Positions 16,344-24,919 of a stretch of DNA of 39,275 bases are shown here, piece after piece. A program made the position numbers and the translations under genes. The notes beneath the pieces were generated by a model, which saw only the letters and a program-made list of their open reading frames with translations, was not told where the DNA came from and ran no database searches. Origin of the DNA: a virus; the IMG/VR virus record IMGVR_UViG_3300033144_002476, positions 1-39,275 of that record; one strand, 5' to 3'. Within the stretch, counting starts at the first letter, position 1, and each line of letters starts with the position of its first letter.

Positions 16344-16592
16344 TTAAGCACCTATTGATGCAACACACGCAGCTAGCACGATTGCGCCTACTAGACCACA
16401 TAATCCAAATACTGCTCGTTTCATCCATTTTATATCAGTACCTTGTTTTATTATTGCCTCTGTCATGGTGGCTATGTTTTTATTCATCTTAGTGGTGTTG
16501 TGGTTAAATGCTAAAATAAGTTGAGTAGTATTGTGATTAACATCTTTGTAATTCTTTGGTTCTCTATAAAGCGGTACAAATTCATCTTCCAT
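16344..16592 (-). CDS. small protein with C-terminal transmembrane segment (82 aa; holin-like role only guessed)
   Basis: C-terminal AVFGLCGLVGAIVLAACVASIGA. Overlaps the upstream PLA2-like gene. Confidence 0.55.
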   Translation of the reverse strand: MEDEFVPLYREPKNYKDVNHNTTQLILAFNHNTTKMNKNIATMTEAIIKQGTDIKWMKRAVFGLCGLVGAIVLAACVASIGA

Positions 16593-16887
16593 TTATATAA
16601 TTATCTCCTCCAAATATTCTAACTGCTAAGAAATATTTATGTCCTACCCACCAAGACCATATTATACTTGTTTTTCTTACTTTGAATGCCTCTTTGATAA
16701 TATTACCCCATAGACATAAATCTGCTTTAAATCTACTTTGTCTATTTACTATTTGGTTTCTATATTGTCTGTCGTGCCAATAACAAGCTTTGTTGTATTT
16801 GCATCCGAATAAACCTTCTGGCGAACAACTACAATAATCTACATTCTTGTTGTATTTTGGTGCTCCTTTTTTAAGTATTGGTTTCAT
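16582..16887 (-). CDS. phospholipase A2-like protein (HDxxYRN motif)
   Basis: ACYWHDRQYRNQ...RFKADLCLW resembles the CxxHDxxYRN catalytic segment plus downstream Asp of prokaryotic/fungal PLA2. Cys-rich. GAGGAG SD. Confidence 0.45.
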   Translation of the reverse strand: MKPILKKGAPKYNKNVDYCSCSPEGLFGCKYNKACYWHDRQYRNQIVNRQSRFKADLCLWGNIIKEAFKVRKTSIIWSWWVGHKYFLAVRIFGGDNYINGR

Positions 16888-17017
16888 TTATGTGCTCCTC
16901 GATTCGACTTTCTAGTTCTGTTATTCTGTCTTGTAAATCTCCAAATGCAGTATTTTCTTTAAATGTTCTTTTTTCTTTCTTCTTCTCTTTCAATATTTGT
17001 GCTTTAGTTTTTCCCAT
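16871..17017 (-). CDS. Lys/Glu-rich coiled-coil mini-protein (48 aa, below track cutoff)
   Basis: Hand translation MGKTKAQILKEKKKEKRTF...EEHINETNT. TAATG overlap with the upstream stop. Confidence 0.4.
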   Translation of the reverse strand: MGKTKAQILKEKKKEKRTFKENTAFGDLQDRITELESRIEEHINETNT

Positions 17018-18216
17018 TAGTAAAAGTTATATTTCACTGCTTGCTCAGTTACTTTATCCTCCTTGCTTAAATCTGTTCGTGTGATTACTATTCTTCTCCA
17101 AAGTTCTGTACCTGTGGTTAGTCTAGCAATTTCCGCATTATTTACATCTGTCCAATGACTTCCGCCATCTGCACTTACACTTATTTGCTCTGAGCTTGTT
17201 GCGTCGATTGTTGAATTGATTACTGGGATTGCGTTGTTTGTTGATACTACTGTGTCTTTGAAAATTAGGGTTGAAGTATATGCACCTTCTGCGGCCAAAC
17301 TACCTGCAGCTTCGAAATCTGGAATAGATTCATCTGTATAAAAATCCGTGTTTGATGTTGTATGAGCTGTTCCACTTTCGACCCAAGTAATATCCCCAAC
17401 ACATAAAATAACTGCTTTAACAAAATTACTAGTAGTATTTGCAGTCATATCTGTTCTACAAGTTGCTGGATTATTCTGTTCATCGCTTGATGTGTCAGTT
17501 CCAAATTCATCTCCAGAAGGATTGCCTGCTCCACTTCCTCCGTGAAGTGTTGAACCAGATGGCATCTGCCAATTAGCACGGCTACTAACCCAAGATCCAG
17601 CAACTCCAAAAGACGACCAGGAACTACAATTATTATTTGTTGAGGTATCTACAAACGTTCCAGTATATCTCATATCATTTCCACTTACAGATTGAGCTGC
17701 CGCATAATGTGCTCGTTTCCCTACATCATTTGCGTGAGGTGTTTTCATAGCAGTTATAGATGTACAAGTTGTAATATACGGATTAGAACCGCTAGTCCCA
17801 TAAAATAAAGACTTCATTATTTGTGCTCGTTTAACAGCCTCTGTTCCGACAGTGCAATACATAATCCATTTCCCATCATCAATATTTGCAACCAAACAAT
17901 CATTCTCTGAATAAGTTGTCGAACAATTTGTCGCCTCAATAATGACATATTCAGTTCCAATAGAACTTAAATCTGCTGCTGAATATAAGTCATCTGAACT
18001 ATCATAATTAAAACCGCCAACTACATCAGCATCATCAGAAGTAAAAGTAGAATATTCAACATTCTTCAAATCTGGTGCAGTATTATTTGTAAGCCTTGAA
18101 TCAAAACCAATATAGTCAGCATTAAAAATCATCTGGGATGTGTCATTAAAGTTAGAACCAAGTGCATTCATTACTTCATCTGCACTGTTTAATTCTCCTG
18201 ATTTGATTCCTGCCAT
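17017..18216 (-). CDS. structural protein (399 aa), probable distal tail/baseplate component
   Basis: Ser/Thr/Asn-rich ORF in the tail gene cluster. GGAGGA upstream. Confidence 0.5.
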   Translation of the reverse strand: MAGIKSGELNSADEVMNALGSNFNDTSQMIFNADYIGFDSRLTNNTAPDLKNVEYSTFTSDDADVVGGFNYDSSDDLYSAADLSSIGTEYVIIEATNCSTTYSENDCLVANIDDGKWIMYCTVGTEAVKRAQIMKSLFYGTSGSNPYITTCTSITAMKTPHANDVGKRAHYAAAQSVSGNDMRYTGTFVDTSTNNNCSSWSSFGVAGSWVSSRANWQMPSGSTLHGGSGAGNPSGDEFGTDTSSDEQNNPATCRTDMTANTTSNFVKAVILCVGDITWVESGTAHTTSNTDFYTDESIPDFEAAGSLAAEGAYTSTLIFKDTVVSTNNAIPVINSTIDATSSEQISVSADGGSHWTDVNNAEIARLTTGTELWRRIVITRTDLSKEDKVTEQAVKYNFY

Positions 18217-18236
18217 ATTAATTTAATTCCTCCATC

Positions 18237-18252
18237 TTTTTTAAAACCAACA
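18237..18252 (-). promoter_or_regulatory. degenerate copy of the conserved box (TGTTGGTTTTAAAAAA)
   Basis: Lies 6 nt after the stop of 18259..18651 and upstream of 17017..18216. Confidence 0.4.
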
Positions 18253-18258
18253 ATTCCA

Positions 18259-18651
18259 TTATATTAATTTGCTCTTATCAATATATGCGATTTCTATTGA
18301 ACTTGTTTTATTTATTGCAGTATGAGTACTTCTAGAGAACATTAAAGGTGTGCCGTCTGAATTAACTGTTCCAAATTCTTTTAGACTATTTCCGTTTGCT
18401 TCTGTGCTAAGTAAAAGTCCTCGAATTGTTACTTTCATATTAGTCAAATCAAGTGTAGGATAACCTGTTACGAAGTTTTTGAAATTATCTCCATCGATCG
18501 AAACTGGTGCGATTAAATCTGTATCAGAGAGACTTGGTGATGTGTTATCAGTTCCTACTTTAAATTGACTTGGTGCCGTTCTAGTTGGAGAACTATTGAA
18601 CGAACGGTCTAGAATAATCTTCTTTCCGTCATTTGTTATAATTTGTGCCAT
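18259..18651 (-). CDS. tail/baseplate-associated protein (130 aa)
   Basis: ORF track. No SD. A TTTATAAA box (18673..18680) lies 21 nt upstream of the ATG. Confidence 0.55.
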   Translation of the reverse strand: MAQIITNDGKKIILDRSFNSSPTRTAPSQFKVGTDNTSPSLSDTDLIAPVSIDGDNFKNFVTGYPTLDLTNMKVTIRGLLLSTEANGNSLKEFGTVNSDGTPLMFSRSTHTAINKTSSIEIAYIDKSKLI

Positions 18652-18681
18652 GGTATTTTTAATTATTTAGTTTTTATAAAA

Positions 18682-20550
18682 TCAATGAATATTACTAAAT
18701 TTAACATGGTTCACCTCCGCAGTTGATGTGTTGTTTTCTGTAAGCCTAAAACGTAAGTCTTGACCTGTATTAGAAAATGTGTGAGTAGTATTATTAGTTG
18801 CTGTTTCCCAATTTGAATTATCAGCTGTTACTTCAATCAAGACTGAACCAGACTCAATGTCTATGTCTACGTCTATTGAAGTTATAACTCCGTTTCGTAG
18901 GTCAATTGATTTACTAAGTGCAACTTGACCAGAAGTAAAGTCAAGACTGCCACTTGCCCATGTAGCTGTACCTGAATCGTCTTCAAAGTCTTGGTCGATA
19001 AAGTCTTCAGTATAGATGTTTTCAAATTGTTCAACGAAGTTATCTATCATAGAATTATCATAGTCTTCATCCCATTCTGAGTTATCCCATGTTTCTCTAT
19101 CCCAAAGTGCGTCTGTTGAAGTATCTCGAGTTTGTAGTTTTCTATAACGTGGACTTATTTGAACTTCATTATAAAAATCTCTTAACTCTAAAATTAAATC
19201 TTGGTTTTTAAGGCTTAATTGTTCTTCTATTCGTTTTAGTCTTTCTTCTACATTAATTTGCCAATCTGCTAATCTAATTGCTTCATCGCCTACTGTTATT
19301 TCTTGATTAGAACCTGGGTATTTGATAACTTGCTTTGTTATTATTAATTCTTTATTTATATTAGGCGTGCTTACTGAATCTACTATCTTAACTCTGTCTC
19401 CTACATTTAAACTAATCGTTGAGCTGCTTCTAACTAATAAATCACCAATCAAAAAAGGAACAGAAAATTTAGATAGTAATTCAGCTGTACGAGCTTCTGC
19501 GTCTGCTACTGTTTGAATATCTGTTAGGGTTATTTGTTTTTCCCATGTTCCGTATGTGTCTATTGAATCTTGACTTATTTGATGTATTGGGCTAGGTGCT
19601 AACCAAGTGTAGTTTACTATTGCGTTCTCGGTTGGGAAACTTGTCCCTTCGGTTGGGATTATTTTTTTGTTTTCTCGGTCTACATAATAATAATGTCCAG
19701 TTGTAGAGTCTTTTGTACCACCTATTTTAACTGTTACTGGCGGAGTACTTGAATCTAAAATTAATTCAACGTTTTCAGGGGTTTTGTCAAGTAAAATTCC
19801 ATCTGTGTCGAAGTTAGCAGTAGTCCCGATTGTTCCGTATTCCGTTCCGTTTGGAAGTCTTATTTGTGTCTGACTTACTGCTCCGTCTACTCTTAAGTCG
19901 TTTACCATACGAGAAGTGTCATTAGTCCATTTTGGAACTCCTAGAATTTGAGTTCCTACTGTTAAAGTAAGAGTACTATCAGAATAGCCTTTTGGTTCAA
20001 AGTGTACTGTGTCATTTACTGGGTCATAAAATATTTGATATTCTACTGCCTTAGCGAGTGCGGTTAGTCTTTCCCAGATGTCTGTGTGGGTACATCTAAA
20101 TTCTCCTATTGTTTTTCCTTCTATTGTTCCTGTGGCTACTACGCTTGCAGTTAAGCCTCCGTGTGTTTCAATTAAGTCTTTTGCTATATCACTGATAACT
20201 CCTGCTTGTGGTCCGGATGATTCATATACTGTATTAACGTTTTTTCTTACTAAGTCCCACATTTTATCGTAACAAGTCAAATCTACTCGTCCGCCGTCTG
20301 GGCTTATTTCGGCTATAAAACCAGAGAAAACTTTTTTATCTGTGCTAGTAATAAAACCTGTCCATACTTGAATTACTTGACCTACTTTTAAACTAACTAA
20401 ATCTTCTACCGATGAGAGTAATGTCATTGCTAATTGGCTTATAACTACGTCAGATGTTCGTTCATATTCCCAACTTAATACTTTTTTCTCAGTAGAACTA
20501 TCGTCACGTACGGTTACTCCATCAATAACAACCTTGCAAAGTAACGGCAT
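18682..20550 (-). CDS. tail hub / tail-associated protein (622 aa)
   Basis: Position downstream of the tape measure. Size and N-terminal region are consistent with hub (gpD/Tal-like) proteins. GGAGGA SD. Confidence 0.45.
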   Translation of the reverse strand: MPLLCKVVIDGVTVRDDSSTEKKVLSWEYERTSDVVISQLAMTLLSSVEDLVSLKVGQVIQVWTGFITSTDKKVFSGFIAEISPDGGRVDLTCYDKMWDLVRKNVNTVYESSGPQAGVISDIAKDLIETHGGLTASVVATGTIEGKTIGEFRCTHTDIWERLTALAKAVEYQIFYDPVNDTVHFEPKGYSDSTLTLTVGTQILGVPKWTNDTSRMVNDLRVDGAVSQTQIRLPNGTEYGTIGTTANFDTDGILLDKTPENVELILDSSTPPVTVKIGGTKDSTTGHYYYVDRENKKIIPTEGTSFPTENAIVNYTWLAPSPIHQISQDSIDTYGTWEKQITLTDIQTVADAEARTAELLSKFSVPFLIGDLLVRSSSTISLNVGDRVKIVDSVSTPNINKELIITKQVIKYPGSNQEITVGDEAIRLADWQINVEERLKRIEEQLSLKNQDLILELRDFYNEVQISPRYRKLQTRDTSTDALWDRETWDNSEWDEDYDNSMIDNFVEQFENIYTEDFIDQDFEDDSGTATWASGSLDFTSGQVALSKSIDLRNGVITSIDVDIDIESGSVLIEVTADNSNWETATNNTTHTFSNTGQDLRFRLTENNTSTAEVNHVKFSNIH

Positions 20551-20918
20551 CAGATTCCTCCTTCAAATAAAGTAAGCGTATAACCTAGTTTATTTATGTC
20601 TGCTGCCTGTTTATTCCACGAAAAGTTCTGTACAAGTACTGAATAACTTGCTGGACTTGTAATAAAACTAGATACAAAAGTTGAACCATCTTGTGCTCCG
20701 TTTACTATGGCTTCTATGTTTGCTATAAAAGTTTTCTGTGCTGCTTCAGTTCCTTCAAATATTCCAGTAATTGTAATAGTTCTTAATACTCCAAATAAGT
20801 CTATTAAAATAGCATCATCGCTATCAGACCTAGGGAGTGGTGTCTGAAATAAACTAGAATCTTTAGTATGGTCTTCGGATTGAATATCACCAAGATCTAC
20901 ACTATCTAATGTTGCGAT
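20550..20918 (-). CDS. tail component (122 aa) with no canonical start codon; proposed ATC start
   Basis: Stop-free frame with no in-frame ATG/GTG/TTG. AAGGGGGA lies 4 nt before ATC-GCA. Its TGA shares an A with the ATG of the next gene (TGATG). Confidence 0.6.
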   Translation of the reverse strand: MATLDSVDLGDIQSEDHTKDSSLFQTPLPRSDSDDAILIDLFGVLRTITITGIFEGTEAAQKTFIANIEAIVNGAQDGSTFVSSFITSPASYSVLVQNFSWNKQAADINKLGYTLTLFEGGI

Positions 20919-21031
20919 TTTATCCCCCTTATTTCTTTAATTAATTCCATGTGGTGTAGTTTTTCATTTTGAGTTCTAAGTAATAGAATTTGTTTTATTT
21001 CTTTTAGTATTTTGATTAATTCGTTTTCCAT
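20906..21031 (-). CDS. mini-protein (41 aa, below track cutoff)
   Basis: Hand translation MENELIKILKEIKQILLLRTQNEKLHHMELIKEIRGIKSQH. TAATG overlap with the tape-measure stop. Confidence 0.4.
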   Translation of the reverse strand: MENELIKILKEIKQILLLRTQNEKLHHMELIKEIRGIKSQH

Positions 21032-22017
21032 TATATTGAACTGAACCCCCTATTGCCTCGCTTTTGTAATTCTCTACTTATTGAGTCTGTTAATTTACGA
21101 ATATCAGAATCGTCTCGTATTGTTGGATTGTTTATATTAATTGTAGTTCCCATCCCGCCCATTTTACTTAAAGGTATTACTGCTTCTGGTCCTGCTTCAC
21201 CGATTAAAGCGGTTGTTGGGCTTGTTACTATTCCCCCGTTTGCAAGATGTGGTATATCAATACCGGGTATCCAATTTATAACATCAATCAAACCATTTAT
21301 CATAGTTTTAAACCCATTAGCAATTAAAGTTCCAACTCCCTTAAGTCCTTCCCATATAAAATTCCAAATCTTTTGACCTAAATCTGATATAAATGAAAGT
21401 CCGTCTAAGAAAAATTGCCATATCTTACTTCCTATTCCTAGTATGAATTGAAATCCAGAAACTATTGCGTCCCAAAGCCAAGTTCCAGCGGACACTATCA
21501 AATCTATTACAAATCCAAATGCCTGAGTTAGTTTATCCCAAATCCATCCAGCTACTGCGACAATTATTTCTACTAATAATTTAAAAGTTTCCCATAGTAA
21601 TTTCCCTATTCCAATTATTATTGTTAAAAGTATTTTTGCTATTGTTATCAGAACTTTTAATAATGCAGGTCCTAAATATTGTTTTAAAAATTCACCTAGA
21701 TTAATTTCACCACCGAATAATTTTGTAAGTCCTTCTATAATTGAAACAACTGCTTTTGTTAATTCTACTATAAGTGGCATAAGCGGTAAAAATATAACTA
21801 AGAATAATAAACTTAGAACTTTAAAAAGTGGTTGAAGTATCTTTAAAACATCACCAAGCAAACTAGATAAACCATCGGCAATTAAATTACCTACTGCCAC
21901 GGCCTTGGTGTTCTTTTTCATTTCTTTGTTCTGTTTCTTTAAGGTATCATCACCCACACCGTTTCCACTAGAACCATTACCGCCTTTTCCCGTAGGGACT
22001 CGAATCTCAAATGCAAT
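21031..22017 (-). CDS. tail tape measure protein (short; start uncertain, ATT 22017 or GTG 21957)
   Basis: Long hydrophobic helical core and a C-terminal ALIGEAGPEAVIPL motif typical of tape measures. Position after the chaperone pair. Confidence 0.75.
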   Translation of the reverse strand: MAFEIRVPTGKGGNGSSGNGVGDDTLKKQNKEMKKNTKAVAVGNLIADGLSSLLGDVLKILQPLFKVLSLLFLVIFLPLMPLIVELTKAVVSIIEGLTKLFGGEINLGEFLKQYLGPALLKVLITIAKILLTIIIGIGKLLWETFKLLVEIIVAVAGWIWDKLTQAFGFVIDLIVSAGTWLWDAIVSGFQFILGIGSKIWQFFLDGLSFISDLGQKIWNFIWEGLKGVGTLIANGFKTMINGLIDVINWIPGIDIPHLANGGIVTSPTTALIGEAGPEAVIPLSKMGGMGTTININNPTIRDDSDIRKLTDSISRELQKRGNRGFSSI

Positions 22018-22032
22018 AGTATTTACCTCTCA

Positions 22033-22251
22033 TTATTTACTAAACATTTGTTTGAACATTTTTGCCCAATTTTTCCAATATGTTTGCTCCTTTTCATTTT
22101 GTAGTGTAATAATTGATTGTATTTTATCATCTGTTAAATTCCTCCAATATCCTTGTCCTTTTCCAAAATAGCTTAAAAAAAACCAATCAAGATAATCTGC
22201 TTGTAGTTCTGCATCGTTTTCATGCATCCCTTTAGCAAATTCTTTAATCAA
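22033..22251 (-). CDS. tail assembly chaperone, -1 frame extension (T-like part)
   Basis: Frame is -1 relative to 22248..22640 and open from within the A9 run. No independent RBS. Confidence 0.6.
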   Translation of the reverse strand: MIKEFAKGMHENDAELQADYLDWFFLSYFGKGQGYWRNLTDDKIQSIITLQNEKEQTYWKNWAKMFKQMFSK

Positions 22252-22640
22252 TCTTTTTTTTTATCTGATGAAACAGACCCAGTTACTAATTTGTACTCGT
22301 TGAACAAATATGTTGATATTTCTTCTGGCAGACTAGATATAAATGCTTCAGTTGTAGGAAACGGTGCTTCCGTGATAACTTTAGACAATACTCCAATCTG
22401 ATAACCAACAGAATCCATACTAGCGTTTGGTTGTGTTCCTACTACTTTAATAGAAGCGGTTTTTTTGACCAATTCTCTATGTTCGCCTGAGGTTAGTTTT
22501 CTTACCTTGATTATAACGTCTTCGTTATTAACATTAAGTTCAATATCAAAAGTATCTATTACTACTTGATTATCGTTGAAACTAAAAGAGGGAACCGTAT
22601 TTGATTCTACTTGCTCTTGCTCTGGGGATTTTTCTTCCAT
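22248..22640 (-). CDS. tail assembly chaperone (G-like)
   Basis: 130-aa acidic protein between tube and tape measure genes, ending ...SSDKKKD on an A9 run. Confidence 0.65.
   Translation of the reverse strand: MEEKSPEQEQVESNTVPSFSFNDNQVVIDTFDIELNVNNEDVIIKVRKLTSGEHRELVKKTASIKVVGTQPNASMDSVGYQIGVLSKVITEAPFPTTEAFISSLPEEISTYLFNEYKLVTGSVSSDKKKD
22254..22262 (-). other. A9 slippery run (A AAA AAA in frame) for programmed -1 frameshift
   Basis: Minus strand GAT AAA AAA AAA GAT TGA. A -1 slip reads ...KKK-RLIKEFAKG... into 22033..22251. Confidence 0.65.
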
Positions 22641-22674
22641 TTTTGTCTCCGTAATTTAATTATGCCGTTAGGCT

Positions 22675-22695
22675 GTTCCCTTCAAAAATGGGAAC
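22675..22695 (-). terminator. stem-loop after the tail tube gene (GTTCCC-N9-GGGAAC)
   Basis: Perfect 6-bp stem 10 nt after the stop codon. No U-tract, so it may be an attenuator or stabiliser rather than a classic terminator. Confidence 0.35.
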
Positions 22696-22705
22696 GATTA
22701 ATAAT

Positions 22706-23698
22706 TTAAGTTGCCTCTTTCGGTGCTGTCTCGACGTCGTTTGTATAAATAATACTTGAACATCCTCTAGCCCATCCACTTACTTCTTCTTTTACTATTT
22801 CGCCTACGTTTTGTGGTAGACTTTCTTCGTTTAGATGTACACCTGTCAAATTAATGTCAAGTATATCACCATCGTCATTTGTAAAAGTTAGTTCAAGTGT
22901 TGCTATTTCTGTTCCAGATCCTTCGTCTGGTGCACTAGCTGAATTAGTACCATTCATAAAGTAAGTAAGTAAGCTTGTATAATCGTTAAATGCTGCCGTC
23001 ATAGAGAAGTTGTATTCTCTTTGTTTTGCTACATTTGCTGTTTTAAATCTACTTCCTATTCCGTATAAACTTTCTGCTGAATTATTTATAGTTAATTCAA
23101 AGTTTTGTACTGCTGCGATTTGTGTTCCGTCTGGCATTTCAATACTTCCATGTGCGAACGTAAAAACTGGTTCAATGTCTACGTTATTTGAAACTTTGGT
23201 TGTTCCTAGTGTTTCGTATCTATAAGAACAATCTAGACTAAACTTAACTGCTTCGTCTACTGCTGCTGTGATAGTAGCTGATTCACACTTTACTCCTACG
23301 ATTGTACTAGCAAAGTCTGTAGTTCCTAGTTCAAAACTAGACTTAACAGAAAAACTTGGTACAATATCTGCTTCTGTGTAAGTATGTGTATATGCTCCAG
23401 TTGTTCCTGCGTCAGTATTAGCGCCTAGAACTCCTAGTAACCAATAAGCGTTTGATAAACTTCCTTCTACGGAAACTTTACCGTTAAATTGTTTATTTAC
23501 AGTTGCTGTAGCATTTCTTGCTCCTACTCCTACAACTCGTTCAGCATTATTTTCTCGGCTTACTGTTGCACTTACTCCTTGTCCAAATGGCACATATGTT
23601 TCGTCAGATTCTGTATGACTTGCTGCTGCGTTTGCCCATTCAGACTGTTTTTCGTATGCGTATAAAAAGACACTTTCGGCTCCTGATATGTATGAAAT
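22706..23698 (-). CDS. major tail (tube) protein; proposed ATT start at 23698 (track GTG start 23593)
   Basis: Position immediately upstream of the chaperone pair. GAGGAGG lies 9 nt before ATT with the same ACTAAAT context as the capsid gene. The 35-codon extension is stop-free. Confidence 0.55.
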   Translation of the reverse strand: MSYISGAESVFLYAYEKQSEWANAAASHTESDETYVPFGQGVSATVSRENNAERVVGVGARNATATVNKQFNGKVSVEGSLSNAYWLLGVLGANTDAGTTGAYTHTYTEADIVPSFSVKSSFELGTTDFASTIVGVKCESATITAAVDEAVKFSLDCSYRYETLGTTKVSNNVDIEPVFTFAHGSIEMPDGTQIAAVQNFELTINNSAESLYGIGSRFKTANVAKQREYNFSMTAAFNDYTSLLTYFMNGTNSASAPDEGSGTEIATLELTFTNDDGDILDINLTGVHLNEESLPQNVGEIVKEEVSGWARGCSSIIYTNDVETAPKEAT

Positions 23699-23699
23699 T

Positions 23700-23873
23700 T
23701 TATTTTTCCTCCTCTATTTGATTTAGTTTTAACTTTGCAAGTAATGTGGCTTCTAGTTTTCTTTTTTTGATTTCGTCAAGTGTTAGTACTTTGTGTTCTA
23801 GTCCGGGAATTTTTCGAGCTTTATCTCTTACTGGTTTTAATTTGACTTCTTTAGTTTTCTTTTTAGATTCCAT
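23700..23873 (-). CDS. Lys-rich mini-protein (57 aa)
   Basis: The ATG at 23873 overlaps the end of the upstream gene. The track start is TTG 23882. Confidence 0.5.
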   Translation of the reverse strand: MESKKKTKEVKLKPVRDKARKIPGLEHKVLTLDEIKKRKLEATLLAKLKLNQIEEEK

Positions 23874-24519
23874 TGAATTCAAACCTCACATCAGCATCTA
23901 TATTTCGCTGTAATAATTTATTATTTCCAAATTCTGTAACTAAAAGGGGTCCTGTAATTGTTGGAGTAATAAAGGGAGAATAAAATAAGTTTTTCTTGTT
24001 AGCCATTAAAAAATCTTTAACTCCACTTACTAGGTCCTCGACTACTGTTTGTTCTGTTGCGTAGCATATAATCGAGACAGTATAATCTGATTCAGTAATA
24101 TCTGCGCCTATTCCTATTTCGTTTGAACTAGAATTTATTATGTCTACTGCTATTCTTGGAAAGTCTGAAAGTTTTAAATGTGGTTGTGGAAAATCTGGGA
24201 AAATTCTATCTTTTGAACCATAATCGTAAATAATTGTATAATCTCCCGTTTGTGCAGAAGTGAACGAAATTACGCCAGTTGTATAATTTACTGTGTAGTC
24301 TGTCCCAAAGGATAGTGGAGAAGCCGATACAACCACGCTACGAACGTTTTTAACCAAAGTTGGAGAAGTAGATAACGTATAAGAAGAAGTCGCTGAGAAT
24401 GTACCTGTGTCCGTTTCGGTTGTTACGCCCCTATCCGAGATACTAATAAGTGATTCATTTCTTAAGGCTACAACGAGCTCTTGCTTTATTTGCATTAAAC
24501 TTACCATGTCTCTTGACAA
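23863..24519 (-). CDS. tail completion/terminator-like structural protein (218 aa)
   Basis: Position upstream of the tube gene. No SD. TTG start 20 nt after the TTTTAAAA of the conserved box (ATG 24507 is an alternative). Confidence 0.45.
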   Translation of the reverse strand: MSRDMVSLMQIKQELVVALRNESLISISDRGVTTETDTGTFSATSSYTLSTSPTLVKNVRSVVVSASPLSFGTDYTVNYTTGVISFTSAQTGDYTIIYDYGSKDRIFPDFPQPHLKLSDFPRIAVDIINSSSNEIGIGADITESDYTVSIICYATEQTVVEDLVSGVKDFLMANKKNLFYSPFITPTITGPLLVTEFGNNKLLQRNIDADVRFEFNGI

Positions 24520-24537
24520 TTAAATAAAAATTAAAAT

Positions 24538-24553
24538 ACTTTTAAAACCAACG
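24538..24553 (-). promoter_or_regulatory. conserved box CGTTGGTTTTAAAAGT
   Basis: Lies 3 nt after the stop of 24557..24919 and 18 nt before the start of 23863..24519. Confidence 0.6.
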
Positions 24554-24556
24554 AAT

Positions 24557-24919
24557 TTATTGGTCTGTGATTGTTACTAGGAATCTAAACTTTTTTCCGC
24601 TTGCTCCGTTTGAAATTACTACTTTCATATTACCTGTTACAAATATTCTTTCTGCTACATTTGTGAATGCGCTTCCATCAGTTGTTTTGTTTGCCAAGCT
24701 TCTAGGTAACCAAGTTACATCTGCTGTTCCCAAGTCTGCCTTTGTCATAATTGCTGTAGTTGCTGCTCCATCAACATTAGTCCAAACACTATCTGCGCCA
24801 GTATCTCCATCAATGTAGTCCATTACAATCTTTTCTACATATCCAAATGATTTGTTTGTTGCTGTTAATGTCAAGTCTCCTGATCCGTCAGCTGTTCCTG
24901 CTAATTCTATTATTTCCAT
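24557..24919 (-). CDS. structural protein (120 aa)
   Basis: ORF track. AGGAGGA SD. Confidence 0.6.
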   Translation of the reverse strand: MEIIELAGTADGSGDLTLTATNKSFGYVEKIVMDYIDGDTGADSVWTNVDGAATTAIMTKADLGTADVTWLPRSLANKTTDGSAFTNVAERIFVTGNMKVVISNGASGKKFRFLVTITDQ

